Positions 1 through 10,385 of a stretch of DNA of 64,000 nucleotides are shown piece by piece. The DNA comes from Nemertoderma westbladi. Lineage: Eukaryota > Animalia > Xenacoelomorpha. The translations under genes were made by a program, and so were the position numbers. The DNA is taken from the NCBI GenBank assembly GCA_032718475.1, contig JAUCBJ010003122.1, forward strand, positions 1 to 64,000, read 5' to 3'. Under the pieces are notes generated by a model. It made no database searches. It had not been told where the DNA came from and worked only from the letters and a program-made list of their open reading frames with translations. The first letter of the stretch is position 1, and each line of letters opens with the position of its first letter.

Positions 1-197
1 GAAATCAATCCAATAGATCAATTGATTGTTACAACTTATTTCTCTCATTTCTGAGGTTTATGGGGATTCTGAATTCAATTGAATAAATAATTCTGTAACT
101 AGACGTCTCAAACTTGTATTTTTCGGTAGTGGTTGCAATCTTTTGTGCTAGCACCAATTTTTGAAACCCATCAAATACATCAATTAATAGTTTCACC

Positions 198-2342
198 TTG
201 TTTCTTGCGTTATACGGGTTTGCGAGGCTGGACCACATAATCCGGTGTGACCCAGGAATATGGATAAGCTTTATTTTTATAGCAATTACTTATCATTCAT
301 TCTTCCAGGCTTTTATATTAAAAATTGTTAAAACTTGTCTTATTCCAATCTATGTTATTGTATCAAATATTGTTTATATGGCACTATACCACATTTTTTT
401 ATTATTTATTCCTATTTACATAATGTTCCAGTTTACTTCTCTGCGATCGTTGACTATGAAACAAAGCAAATACAGGATTAAGAAAAATAAGTTTAGTGCC
501 ATATTTACAAATATAAAACAAGTGCTTGTTGTTGTCTCAATTGCTATTGTAATTTTTGGTATTTTTGGTATAATAATAGCAAGCACCCAGCATGAGTACT
601 TGTCAGTGCGAGCACATGCACCTGTTTCACATTTCGCATTCTTATATCAATTTTTCTCATTTTTTTGCTTTGGTGTAATATTTATTTCAATCCCGTTTAC
701 AAAATCTAAAATACCTCGTAATAATATCTTACTCGGTATCGTTCTCAATGCGCTATTGAATCACACAATATCAACCACTACTGACACATCGAGTAGGCCT
801 ATAACAATAATGACGAAACTGAAACATGTTAAGGGATCCATTAAAATCATTTTATATTCACTCGCCCATTCATTCAACATATACCGTAGCTGTGTCTTAG
901 ACGTCGTACTTATTATCGCACTTACTATAAACATGCTACTACTTATATCTGGAAATATACACCCAAATCCTGGCCCTAGGCGGAATACTAACAAAGGCAG
1001 GCACATAAAAAATAACAGCAATAAAAACAAAATACAACCACCAAGTTATTCATTTAATAATCTAAACTGCAAACTGAAGGACTCACAGGGTGATATTAAG
1101 GAACATATGAAAAATAACCAGGCTGATCTAAAATTAATTCATATAAATTCTAGAAGCCTATTTAAAAATATTGACGAATTATCAGAAACTTTGCTGGGGT
1201 CAAAGAATACCATTGCGTCAGTGACAGAGACATGGCTACATAGAAATATTGACACAAAGGCAATCACTATCCCAGGTTTTAACATCTATCGGCGTGACAG
1301 AAAGAAAAAACGTGGGGGCGGAGTACTTATATTTATTCCAGATAACTATCCTTCAAAATTACGAGACGACATTAAATGTAACACCAAACTAGAAAGCCTT
1401 TGGGTAGAAGTCGATGGGCTGCTTATCTGCACTGTATACAATCCACCGCGGGCAAATAAGCATTTCATTGATGACTTTGCGGAAGAGCTTGAAAATGCAA
1501 TAGCACTAGAACCCAACCTAAATATTGTTATTCAGGGTGACCTTAACATCAATATTTTAAACTCCAATGACTCCAAAACCAAACAACTAAGCGACGTCCT
1601 TTCCACTTATAATCTTTCAACCTTGAACACAACAACACCCACAAGATATACTAAATCATCAAGCACGCTCCTTGACCTTGTCCTAACAAATCTGAACTCA
1701 GACTCTATAATAAATAGTCTGGTATTTTTCTGCGACTTCTCAGATCATGAGTATACATTAACTACTATAAAGCATAAAATTACACCGGCTCAAAATATCA
1801 ACAAAGAAAAAATAAAATATCGTGACTTTTCATCATTTAATTCTGCGCATTTTATTTGTGAAATCGGTAAAATTGACTGGTCCCCATTGTACTTCGAAAC
1901 AGATGTTAACTCGAAATTACAATACCTTGAATCCAATATTGAAACTTTACTAAACAGACAAGCACCAATCAAATACAAGTATACAAAAACACAATGTCAA
2001 TATCTGGGAAACAAGGTAAAATGGTCCAATGCAGAGCTTGTGAACTTGAGACAGAATAAGGACAGTAAACTAAAACTATGGCGTTCAACTAAAACACAGT
2101 CGGATTTCAAAGAATTCAAAATGGCAAGAAACCGATTTAATAATCTTAATAAAAAACTGAAAAATGATTATGTGAAGAATAAATACTTAAATCAAATTGA
2201 CAGCAAAAGCCGTTGGAAAGTTATCAATAAAATTCTGAATAGAAATTCGCCACGAAAACCCATCCCACAAATTAAATATCAAAGTAAATTAATTACAAAT
2301 CCACTAGAAATCTCAAAAGTATTTAACGAGGTTTATGATTGA
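198..2342 (+). CDS. LINE ORF, N-terminal part: hydrophobic region, 2A-like motif, APE endonuclease
   Basis: 714-codon open frame; LLLISGNIHPNPGP at 936-977 followed by an APE domain. True start codon uncertain. Confidence 0.8.
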   Translation: MFLALYGFARLDHIIRCDPGIWISFIFIAITYHSFFQAFILKIVKTCLIPIYVIVSNIVYMALYHIFLLFIPIYIMFQFTSLRSLTMKQSKYRIKKNKFSAIFTNIKQVLVVVSIAIVIFGIFGIIIASTQHEYLSVRAHAPVSHFAFLYQFFSFFCFGVIFISIPFTKSKIPRNNILLGIVLNALLNHTISTTTDTSSRPITIMTKLKHVKGSIKIILYSLAHSFNIYRSCVLDVVLIIALTINMLLLISGNIHPNPGPRRNTNKGRHIKNNSNKNKIQPPSYSFNNLNCKLKDSQGDIKEHMKNNQADLKLIHINSRSLFKNIDELSETLLGSKNTIASVTETWLHRNIDTKAITIPGFNIYRRDRKKKRGGGVLIFIPDNYPSKLRDDIKCNTKLESLWVEVDGLLICTVYNPPRANKHFIDDFAEELENAIALEPNLNIVIQGDLNINILNSNDSKTKQLSDVLSTYNLSTLNTTTPTRYTKSSSTLLDLVLTNLNSDSIINSLVFFCDFSDHEYTLTTIKHKITPAQNINKEKIKYRDFSSFNSAHFICEIGKIDWSPLYFETDVNSKLQYLESNIETLLNRQAPIKYKYTKTQCQYLGNKVKWSNAELVNLRQNKDSKLKLWRSTKTQSDFKEFKMARNRFNNLNKKLKNDYVKNKYLNQIDSKSRWKVINKILNRNSPRKPIPQIKYQSKLITNPLEISKVFNEVYD

Positions 2343-4038
2343 CATTGGCAACTTCGTTGGCATTAACCACAATTCCATTAGCCCCCCCACTCCCACGGTC
2401 AGTACATTCCTAAATAATACAACACCTACACCAAAATTTTCCTTCAGATGTGTAAATGCCTTGTACGTTTCTGAAATAATATCCCAAATGCAAATGAACA
2501 AACCCTCCGGCCCATCTGAAATTCCAACTAAAATATACAAATTAATTGCCCCTCAAATCTCTGTCCCATTAACAAACATCTTTAATGACTGCCTAACGAA
2601 ATCTACAGTACCTAATGTATTAAAATTGTCCCATGTCACCCCTGTCTACAAAAAAGGCAATGACTCAATTCCTGATAATTATCGCCCAATATCTGTCACA
2701 CATCCCTTAGCGAAAATCTTAGAAAAAATAATGGTTATCCAAATAGAAAGTTATATAAAAAAGAATAATGTCATGTCGCCGTTTCAATTTGGCTTTAGGA
2801 AAAAATATTCCACAGTTGATGCCATAACCTTTGCCACCGAGGAATGGCGGTCAAAATTAGACAACGGCGATCACGTTGCAATTGCCTTCCTTGACCTCAG
2901 CAAAGCCTTCAACTCTCTCGAACACTCCCGACTAATATCAGAACTAGATTCTCTAGGTTTTCATCACACTGCCTGTCACCTGATAGAAAATTACTTGACG
3001 AACCGCAAGCAAAGAGTTAAAATAGGAGAAACTTTATCCCCATGGTTAGTTGAGAAAAGAGGCGTCCCTCAAGGTACGCTTCTTGGCCCACTTCTATTCT
3101 CACTCTACACCAACAGAATCGCATCAACCATGTTCAATCATAATACTAACATCATACAGTACGCAGACGATACTTCCTTATACATATCTGACAAAGATCC
3201 ATTAAACGCAAGTCAAAAATTATCAAATAGTGTTAACCTGATCTCAACTATATTCGAAACATATAAACTGAAACTAAACCCAGAAAAAACAGAATTCCTA
3301 CTGATATCACCCTCACCGACAAACAAACCGCCTGGCACATCATCCATTAAGTTAAACATAAATGCTAACATTTCCGTTGAACAATCACAAGAAGTCAAAT
3401 ACCTAGGGGTTAATATCGATAACAAGCTCGAATGGAAACCACATATTAATCGCATCATCCAAAAAATGTCTCTCGGAATATCATGCCTTAGGAAAATTAA
3501 GGGTCAACTACCTCTAAAAACGAAACAAAATCTCTATAAATCACTTGTACTGCCGTATCATCAATATTGTTGCTATCTTATGCTATCCTTACATAACGTC
3601 CACGGCCACAAAGAAATGTTATACAAACTCGAAAAAATACAAAATTACGGCTTACGATCCGTGTACAATGCAAGAATCAAGGACTACACTGGAACTGAAT
3701 TACGAACAAGAGCAAGAATACCAATACTCTCTGCATACCGGGAGTATTTCGGGTTACTATTCTTTGCCAAGTACATAACAAACATATCCATCCCATTCCA
3801 ACATCTAAATCTTCCTTACCTACCAGATACAACCACGGATGACTTACTTAACAGACGCACCCTTAATATTAAACTACCAAGGACTAACAACCGGTTTGGG
3901 CACTACAGCTTAACTACCCAACTCATAAAATTATGGAATGACTTACCGCACACAATAAAACAACTAGTAACGAACTATTCCACTTTTAAAGGCTCTCTAA
4001 AAAAGCATTTCCTCTCACGATTTGAACGGGATAAATAA
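2335..4038 (+). CDS. LINE reverse transcriptase (continuation of the upstream ORF after a frameshift)
   Basis: Full set of non-LTR RT motifs including YADD; stop at 4036-4038. Confidence 0.88.
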   Translation: MIDIGNFVGINHNSISPPTPTVSTFLNNTTPTPKFSFRCVNALYVSEIISQMQMNKPSGPSEIPTKIYKLIAPQISVPLTNIFNDCLTKSTVPNVLKLSHVTPVYKKGNDSIPDNYRPISVTHPLAKILEKIMVIQIESYIKKNNVMSPFQFGFRKKYSTVDAITFATEEWRSKLDNGDHVAIAFLDLSKAFNSLEHSRLISELDSLGFHHTACHLIENYLTNRKQRVKIGETLSPWLVEKRGVPQGTLLGPLLFSLYTNRIASTMFNHNTNIIQYADDTSLYISDKDPLNASQKLSNSVNLISTIFETYKLKLNPEKTEFLLISPSPTNKPPGTSSIKLNINANISVEQSQEVKYLGVNIDNKLEWKPHINRIIQKMSLGISCLRKIKGQLPLKTKQNLYKSLVLPYHQYCCYLMLSLHNVHGHKEMLYKLEKIQNYGLRSVYNARIKDYTGTELRTRARIPILSAYREYFGLLFFAKYITNISIPFQHLNLPYLPDTTTDDLLNRRTLNIKLPRTNNRFGHYSLTTQLIKLWNDLPHTIKQLVTNYSTFKGSLKKHFLSRFERDK

Positions 4039-5475
4039 AATTGACGCGGGTTCTATCAATGCTGGGTGCTTGAGCACATTATTTACGGTGAAACGAATTT
4101 TTGTAATTTAATAAATTTTTTAATAATAAATAATGTCTGGCAATTAATTACTTAATTATATTTATTATTAATCATGTGTATTTTTTTTTGTATGTATTAT
4201 GTAATAGTTTCCTGTAATATAAGTACAGTACCGTACAATTAATTTACTAGATAAATATATTGCTCTTCTGCATGGAAATATTGTGTAACCATTTCGTTCA
4301 TAGGTTTATTATTTACTGCATGCATTTTATATTTATATTTAGTACTTACTTATTAGGATAGAGTGCCAGCTGACCTCCTTAAGAGGTCAGTTATTATCAG
4401 TTAAAGAGGCTTGCCTCTAAAATGCCTTATATACAATATTGTATTTAAGTATGGCAATAAATAAATAAATAAATAAATAAAGAAGTACCATTACTGCATT
4501 TGGTCTAAGCCAGTCTACAAACTACTCGATCTATTGTAGATGATGATAATAAAGATTACAATAAACCCACTAGAACGCCAGCAAGCTGGCTTTAAACGAA
4601 CCTGCCCATCAAACCAGTACCCTGAGTAAGCTGTTTCGGTTCTCTAAAAATTCGACGTAGCTGAGAGAACAAAAAAATTGTCTAATTTGATCTCCCAGCC
4701 ACTATTACTTGGACAGATAACAATGTATTATTATATAATATTAAGATGGAACTTTAATATTCTAAGGAAGGGAAGGGAATTTGTTGACGAAGTCAGATTT
4801 GTTATATGTATATCTATTATTACAGTATGATGTTGAATAAAGTGTTTTTAATTTGTTTCTTTTTAAAAGCCGCTTTAAACTTTTCCCCTGGTGTGGGCGG
4901 CACCATGCAGACAATATCTACTGTCCTGGTTTGGGCGGCACCATGCAGACAATATCTCGGTTCGCAAGAATTACAGGAAAGCCTCAAGCCTATCAGCTAG
5001 AACATTGTCAATGTGCGTGCACATACATACTGTACAGCCAATATCAATGTGCACATACGTACTTATACGTAGGCCGTACTCAGATCGATCGGTTCGACTC
5101 CAGCTCGATCGGTTCGATTCGGCATTCTTAAATAGCGAAATTTATTACCTTTTTAATTATTATAATGTATTTGTAATAAATAAATTTATTTATTTAGATT
5201 ATTTTTTATTTAACGTAATAAATAAAAAAATATTTTTTTTTTATCTTATTTTATTTATTTTTTTATTTTTATTTTCTTTTTCAATTTATTTTGCTAATGT
5301 CTCGCACCACCGTTTTCGCATGGCTCGGCCCAATGAATTACCAGTGTGCTAATTGTAAATGCGTTTTGGCTGCCATTTTATGGCTCTAAGGAAGTCACAG
5401 GGAACAATCCTCCACCGAAGGAAACCCTTTATGACGAGGGATTTACTGTGCTAGAGAAGAGGCTCTTACTTCTAA

Positions 5476-5823
5476 CACTACAGTAGGGAGGCTACCTCGT
5501 GTTGGGTGGCGCTACAGTAGGGAGGCTACCTCGTGTTGGGTGGCACTACAGTAGGGAGGCTACCTCGTGTTGGGTGGCGCTACAGTAGGGAGGCTACCTC
5601 GTGTTGGGTGGCACTACAGTAGGGAGGCTACCTCGTGTTGGGTGGCACTACAGTAGGGAGGCTACCTCGTGTTGGGTGGCACTACAGTAGGGAGGCTACC
5701 TCGTGTTGGGTGGCACTACAGTAGGGAGGCTACCTCGTGTTGGGTGGCACTACAGTAGGGAGGCTACCTCGTGTTGGGTGGCACTACAGTAGGGATGCTA
5801 CCTCGTGTTGGGTGGCACTACAG
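5476..5823. repeat. 34-bp minisatellite, ~10 copies (CTACAGTAGGGAGGCTACCTCGTGTTGGGTGGCR)
   Basis: Head-to-tail, near-identical units with no spacers. Confidence 0.95.
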
Positions 5824-5829
5824 ACTGTT

Positions 5830-7190
5830 GGCTAAAGACTAATTTCGGACCTACAGTGGTCTCTACTGTATACTGTGTAAATCAGAAGCGGTTAGAGCCG
5901 GTTTTGTCTGCAAGGATGTTAGACCCTGGCCTATATTTGAATTTTGTGAATGGGGTCGCTTTTGCGGCTACGGGCTCGTTATTTACAGGCTCATTTACTA
6001 TGATGGGCAGACTACGATGGGATGTCAGCTGGAGACGCGTTTCCTGAAGCCACGTTCTCTTACGTCCTTCGAGACTGGATTTAACTACGGTCCTCAGATT
6101 CGGTAGCAGTACTTTCATCAGAAGAAGTATTCGAATACTTGTCTCTTTGGTCTAATACTCGCGGCATGGGCTTTCGCTAATTCCCTCCATTTTTTATCTA
6201 GCTATCCTTATTCTTTTAGGGCTTCCATTTCTAGTTCAGCTGCCTGCCAATCTTTTCCAGCTGTTTTTTCTGCAGCCTGTTCTAGATGCTTTCTTGTTAA
6301 AGCTAGTCTAGCTTTAGCATCCTCAATTTCAGCTTACATCTCTTTGATCTTGTATCCCATCTTCTCGCTCAATGTCCAATGAATCCAGTATGCTCTGCGC
6401 ACCCTCACTATTGGGGGCGAGACCCTCCAGTCAACGTCGCAGTTCTTTATCACCTACCTGCCTCTGATAATCTGACAAATATATGTCGATGGTTTCCCAC
6501 GTGTGAGGTCTTTCAGGTTCGGTTTCCTCACACCCATGCGAGAAGATTGCATCAGTCGCCTCTACAGGATCGAGTTGAGCGTTAGGCTTTATCTTCCCAG
6601 GTGAGTGCGCCCATGGCTTTGGAGGCCACTCGCTGGAACCATTGCTTTACTCCGGTGTGGATAGATGTATATGAACTCGCAATAGGCAGACAAGATTAAT
6701 CTAATTCTCAGTATCTAACACTCTTGGATCTGAGATCTGATGGAATAATTGAGTTCGCTCTGTGGGGTTAGAAGTTCCTCTAAACCGCTGGGACTCCATA
6801 CGTCTCAAAGAATTAAAAAACCGTTGAGTATATCCTGCTGCTGAGCGCTTCCTCACTGCGCGGGATCAGTGGTGTCTCGGGATACTCGTAAACGGTGTAA
6901 ATCCTCCCATGTGGCTGATCCTAGACCGAGAGGTTCTCCCAGACTGGGAAAGTTATACTGCTGCTGTACTATCTCTTTCAGCACCTCACATTGGAATATC
7001 CAGCATAAACTACTGTACTGTATTTTACGAGACGATCCACCCCGGGCTATGTCTGCGAGATGATCTTCTATAGACTCCAAGGTCTGAGTCAACATGATGC
7101 TGGGTAGGTGGAGCAAAGGATCTTGATAGGTGTCCGCAAGGATTAAAGTTGCTGTTGCCGCAATCACCTGATGAGGATGAAAATAAAAGC
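5830..7190 (-). pseudogene. Possible decayed gag-like coding relic of an LTR element
   Basis: Higher GC; broken minus-strand frames give VKQWFQRVASKAMGALTWED, ETIDIYLSDYQRQVG and a coiled-coil-like stretch. Many stops and frameshifts, no diagnostic motif. Confidence 0.25.
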
Positions 7191-7217
7191 CCAGCCAGTA
7201 ACCTGCTGTTTTGCCTC

Positions 7218-7535
7218 AATGGGTAGGTAAAAACAACGTTTATTGTTTTGGTTAGAAAAGCCCGCCACTGTAATCTGCTGCTTTCCCTGAATTTGTAGGT
7301 AACAACATCGTTTATTGTTTAGGTTAGAAAATGCTGCAGCTGTAACCCGCTCCTTTCACACAATGGGTAGGTAAAACAACGTTTACTGTTTTGGTTAGAA
7401 AAGCCCGCCACTGTAATCTGCTGCTTTCCCTGAATTTGTAAGTAACAACATCGTTTATTGTTTTGGTTAGAAAATGCTGCAGCTGTATCCTGCTCCTTTC
7501 CTTAAATTGGTAGGTAACACTAGCGTTTATTGATT
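7218..7535. repeat. Tandem duplication of a ~145-bp unit built from ~70-bp subunits
   Basis: aatgggtaggtaaaa..gtttattgttttggttagaaaagcccgccactgtaatctgctgctttccctgaatttgta.. occurs twice; the CTGTAACCTGCTCC-like motif is shared with 7621-7991, 9238-9423 and 27619-27806. Confidence 0.8.
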
Positions 7536-7620
7536 CCCACATTCCCATCCATGTGGACAGAAGACAACCACAACCGTTATAATGGGTGAGGGAAGAGAGA
7601 ACAGGTTACAGTGGCAAGTT

Positions 7621-7991
7621 GGGTGACTACAAAACAATGACCAAAGACCCAAATAATAAAGACCTGTACAAAACACATATGTTAACTTTCACTTTCGTTT
7701 ATTGTTTTGGTTCCCCAAACACGCCTCTGTAACCTGCTCCTTTACTAACCTGTTCCTTTAAATGGCAATGGGACCTAACGCTCTTTGGGATTTAACGCGA
7801 CTTTAACTCTTTGTTTTGTACAGGTCCCAAAGAGCGTTAGGACCCATTGCCATTTAAAGGAGCAGGTTAGTAAAGGAGCAGGTTACAGAGGCGTGATGGG
7901 GGAACTAAAACAATGAACGAAAGTTAACACATGTTACAAGATTATGCAGGTCTTTATAATTGGGTAGTTGGTGTTTGTTTTGTAGTCACCC
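7621..7991. mobile_element. 371-bp palindromic MITE/foldback element with 10-bp TSD (Mutator/Foldback-like)
   Basis: Ends GGGTGACTAC...GTAGTCACCC; arms are complementary over most of the length; GTGGCAAGTT duplicated at 7611-7620 and 7992-8001. Confidence 0.85.
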
Positions 7992-8753
7992 GTGGCAAGT
8001 TATAGTAATTCTAACCCAAATAATAAACGGGCGTCGGCGTAGTATTTACACCCAGGCACGAACTGTACTAGAAACCATCGCGATTTAAAATATAGCTTGT
8101 TAAGTTAATTAAAGAAACTAAGAAACAATATATAGGCCTAGTAAGAGATTAAAAAATATGCAGAATAAGACCGTTTGATAAAGCCTCGACTCTCATCTTG
8201 GCTCGCCCCAAATATACCCTATCATTAAACCCAACATATTACTGTATAAACGGACGTAAACATGTTTCGTAATGAAAACGCACAGCTGCACAAATTTATT
8301 ATTTTATATTGGAAATAACCGAGGTCAATTTAACTATACTAATTGTTACATGAATTGTTACAATAACCGAAATTGCAACTCCGCAGATCCAAAGAAAATT
8401 GGGCTTCATAACCAATTACAACATTGAAAATACAGTAACAGCAATTACGAAGTACAATTATGACGTACAAACGTAATTTTTGAAAGAAAACAATAAAAGA
8501 CACTAAACAATTCTAACTCGGTTTGCAGTTTTATAAAGTTACAAATAGAATAGTAGTAATAGAATAGTAGAATAGAAATAATAAAATATATTATTTGACA
8601 CCGACCAGCCATAAATACGCCTACACATATACGTAGGTACCGGTTTGTGGTAGGTCACTCCCCACCCCCCAAATAACCATTCAAAGTGGTGGCAAAAAAA
8701 GTGTTATTTTTTGTCAAACTTGAACGACTTTGACATAGAAGTGACTTACAAAT

Positions 8754-9078
8754 AAAATAATTATTTATTACATGGGGAAAAAGGTATAACTTTTATTCAC
8801 TATTCTCGGGGCATTTCATTTACCGCGCGACAGGGAGGTTAATAAAGGTGTCGAGAGAGTATTGAAAAAAATGTACGTTTTTTTCCCATGTAATACGTAA
8901 TTTTATTCTTAAATTTGAAACTTTTTGTTCAATACTCTACTTTAATAACAGATAGAACGATATAGGACTACCGTTAGTAGTGTTACAAATTAATTTGAAC
9001 TTCAGTATTTTACTATATTGCTTCCATAGTTACTGCGATTCCAATTACTGTACTTTTCATCTCCTGATGTTGCTATAC
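8754..9078 (+). repeat. Dispersed repeat, inverted copy at 20396-20781; includes a small palindromic unit (TATTACATGGG...CCCATGTAATA)
   Basis: Direct comparison with the reverse complement of 20396-20781. Confidence 0.8.
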
Positions 9079-9237
9079 TCAATGTTAAATAATTCTCGAA
9101 TATTTATTACCGATACGTAACTAGAGGGCTGCTTAACAACATAAACCATTATTGAATATTGAGTTCCGTTTTGGAGTACGCCGCGAATTAATATCATTAA
9201 TATCAATATTATAATTAATATATAATATATAATATAA

Positions 9238-9423
9238 TTGGCGAATTAATATCCCGCCACAATGTTAAATTCTCAATTTAGGGAAAGGAGCAGGTTACAG
9301 TGGCACGTTATTTTAACCAAAACAATAAACTAAACACAATAGAACAGGTTAGTTTTATCTTTGAGAGTAATCAGCTGTTATGTGCGTCGAATTTCACCTG
9401 GAGAGGGATGGATTTTTATTGTG
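9238..9423 (+). repeat. Dispersed repeat, inverted copy at 27619-27806
   Basis: ttggcgaattaatatcccgcc..gggaaaggagcaggttacagtggcacgttattttaaccaaaacaataaac matches the reverse complement of 27619-27806; both give the spurious ORF MARYFNQNNKLNTIEQV. Confidence 0.9.
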
Positions 9424-9658
9424 GCCTTACATTTATTGCATATTTAGTAATACTTTTTCTTTTCGTAATCCTTTTTAGACAAGCTGGTTATGCAGATAGA
9501 TTATATCTGTAATTTTTCACTGATCTTACATTGGTAAGACCTAGTAAATGTTTTATAGACAGTTTATTAACAACCCCGTAAAAGTCAACTAAAGGTTTTG
9601 TTAGTTTATCGGATCATTTTTTCCTTTAATTCTTTATTTAATTACAAACTACATAACA

Positions 9659-9879
9659 ATGACGTCATCACCAATACAATGTTCTACGCTTTGGATAATA
9701 ATTCAGTTGATGTTGGCGCTTTACGTCATAAAAGGCAACGCAATAAAAATGAAAGCCCATATTAATGGAAAACCATGTCACGGAGACAATGTTCTAAATA
9801 ACGAACAATTGAGCAATTTCGCAGATATTCGAGCAACTTTCAATAATGCAGTAACAGATGATATGTGGGCGACGTTTAC
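9659..9879 (+). CDS. Unknown secreted protein, exon 1 (signal peptide)
   Basis: ATG at 9659, hydrophobic LWIIIQLMLALYVI, donor AC|GTAAGT, phase 2. Confidence 0.8.
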
Positions 9880-10056
9880 GTAAGTTATTGTTGAGTTATT
9901 TAGGAAATAATTTATCAGCATGAATTTATAAGAACAAAATGCCGTGCAAATAAAGTTCTGAAGGGATTGGTCCAATTCTACTGATAAATAAGATTATCAG
10001 ATATTTTTGGTGTGGTGGAATGATAATTTAACATTGAACTGCGTGATTTATTACAG

Positions 10057-10291
10057 AATGAGACAACTTGGTTGCGAGTACGAGGGAGTTCAAGGACCTT
10101 GCGAAGGTTCGTCTGCAATCGATTCCACGATTGTTTCATGGCTCTCCCCAGAAACGCACCAGTTTATGATAGATGCGGTTGGTGTGGATCTCACAGACCC
10201 TGCAGTTGAGGACCAGGACCGCTTCGGGAGGAGTTTCATTCATCCGTATGCGTTGGATACATTCGAATATGAATTTCATTACGCACCTTTT
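10057..10291 (+). CDS. Unknown secreted protein, exon 2
   Basis: TTACAG| acceptor, phase matches exon 1, open frame MRQLGCEYEG..FHYAPF, donor |GTAAGT, phase 0. Confidence 0.8.
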
Positions 10292-10385
10292 GTAAGTTAT
10301 ATGACTACAAGGCAGTCATCCAGTCTACCAAACGTGTTGTTTTGTTTTACTTTATGTTTTTGTGTTTACGTGCACGCACATAAAC

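Larger units (their letters stand above)
198..4481 (+). mobile_element. Non-LTR retrotransposon (CR1/L2/Jockey group) with APE endonuclease and reverse transcriptase, one frameshift
   Basis: APE motifs (HINSRS, VTETWL, RGGGV, VYNPP, GDLNIN, LLDL, SDH) in 198-2342. RT motifs (NYRPIS, QFGFR, LDLSKAF, GVPQG, QYADD, KYLG) in 2335-4038. 3'UTR hairpins (ctgacctc..gaggtcag ~4370-4390) and a (TAAA)n tail at 4456-4481. 5' boundary not defined. Confidence 0.92.

Noticed and set aside
29-238. 69-aa minus-strand ORF at the window start
   Set aside because: Short, no recognisable motif, overlaps the LINE 5' region; not supportable.
5476-5823. 34-bp repeat as a CRISPR array
   Set aside because: No spacers; pure tandem repeat.
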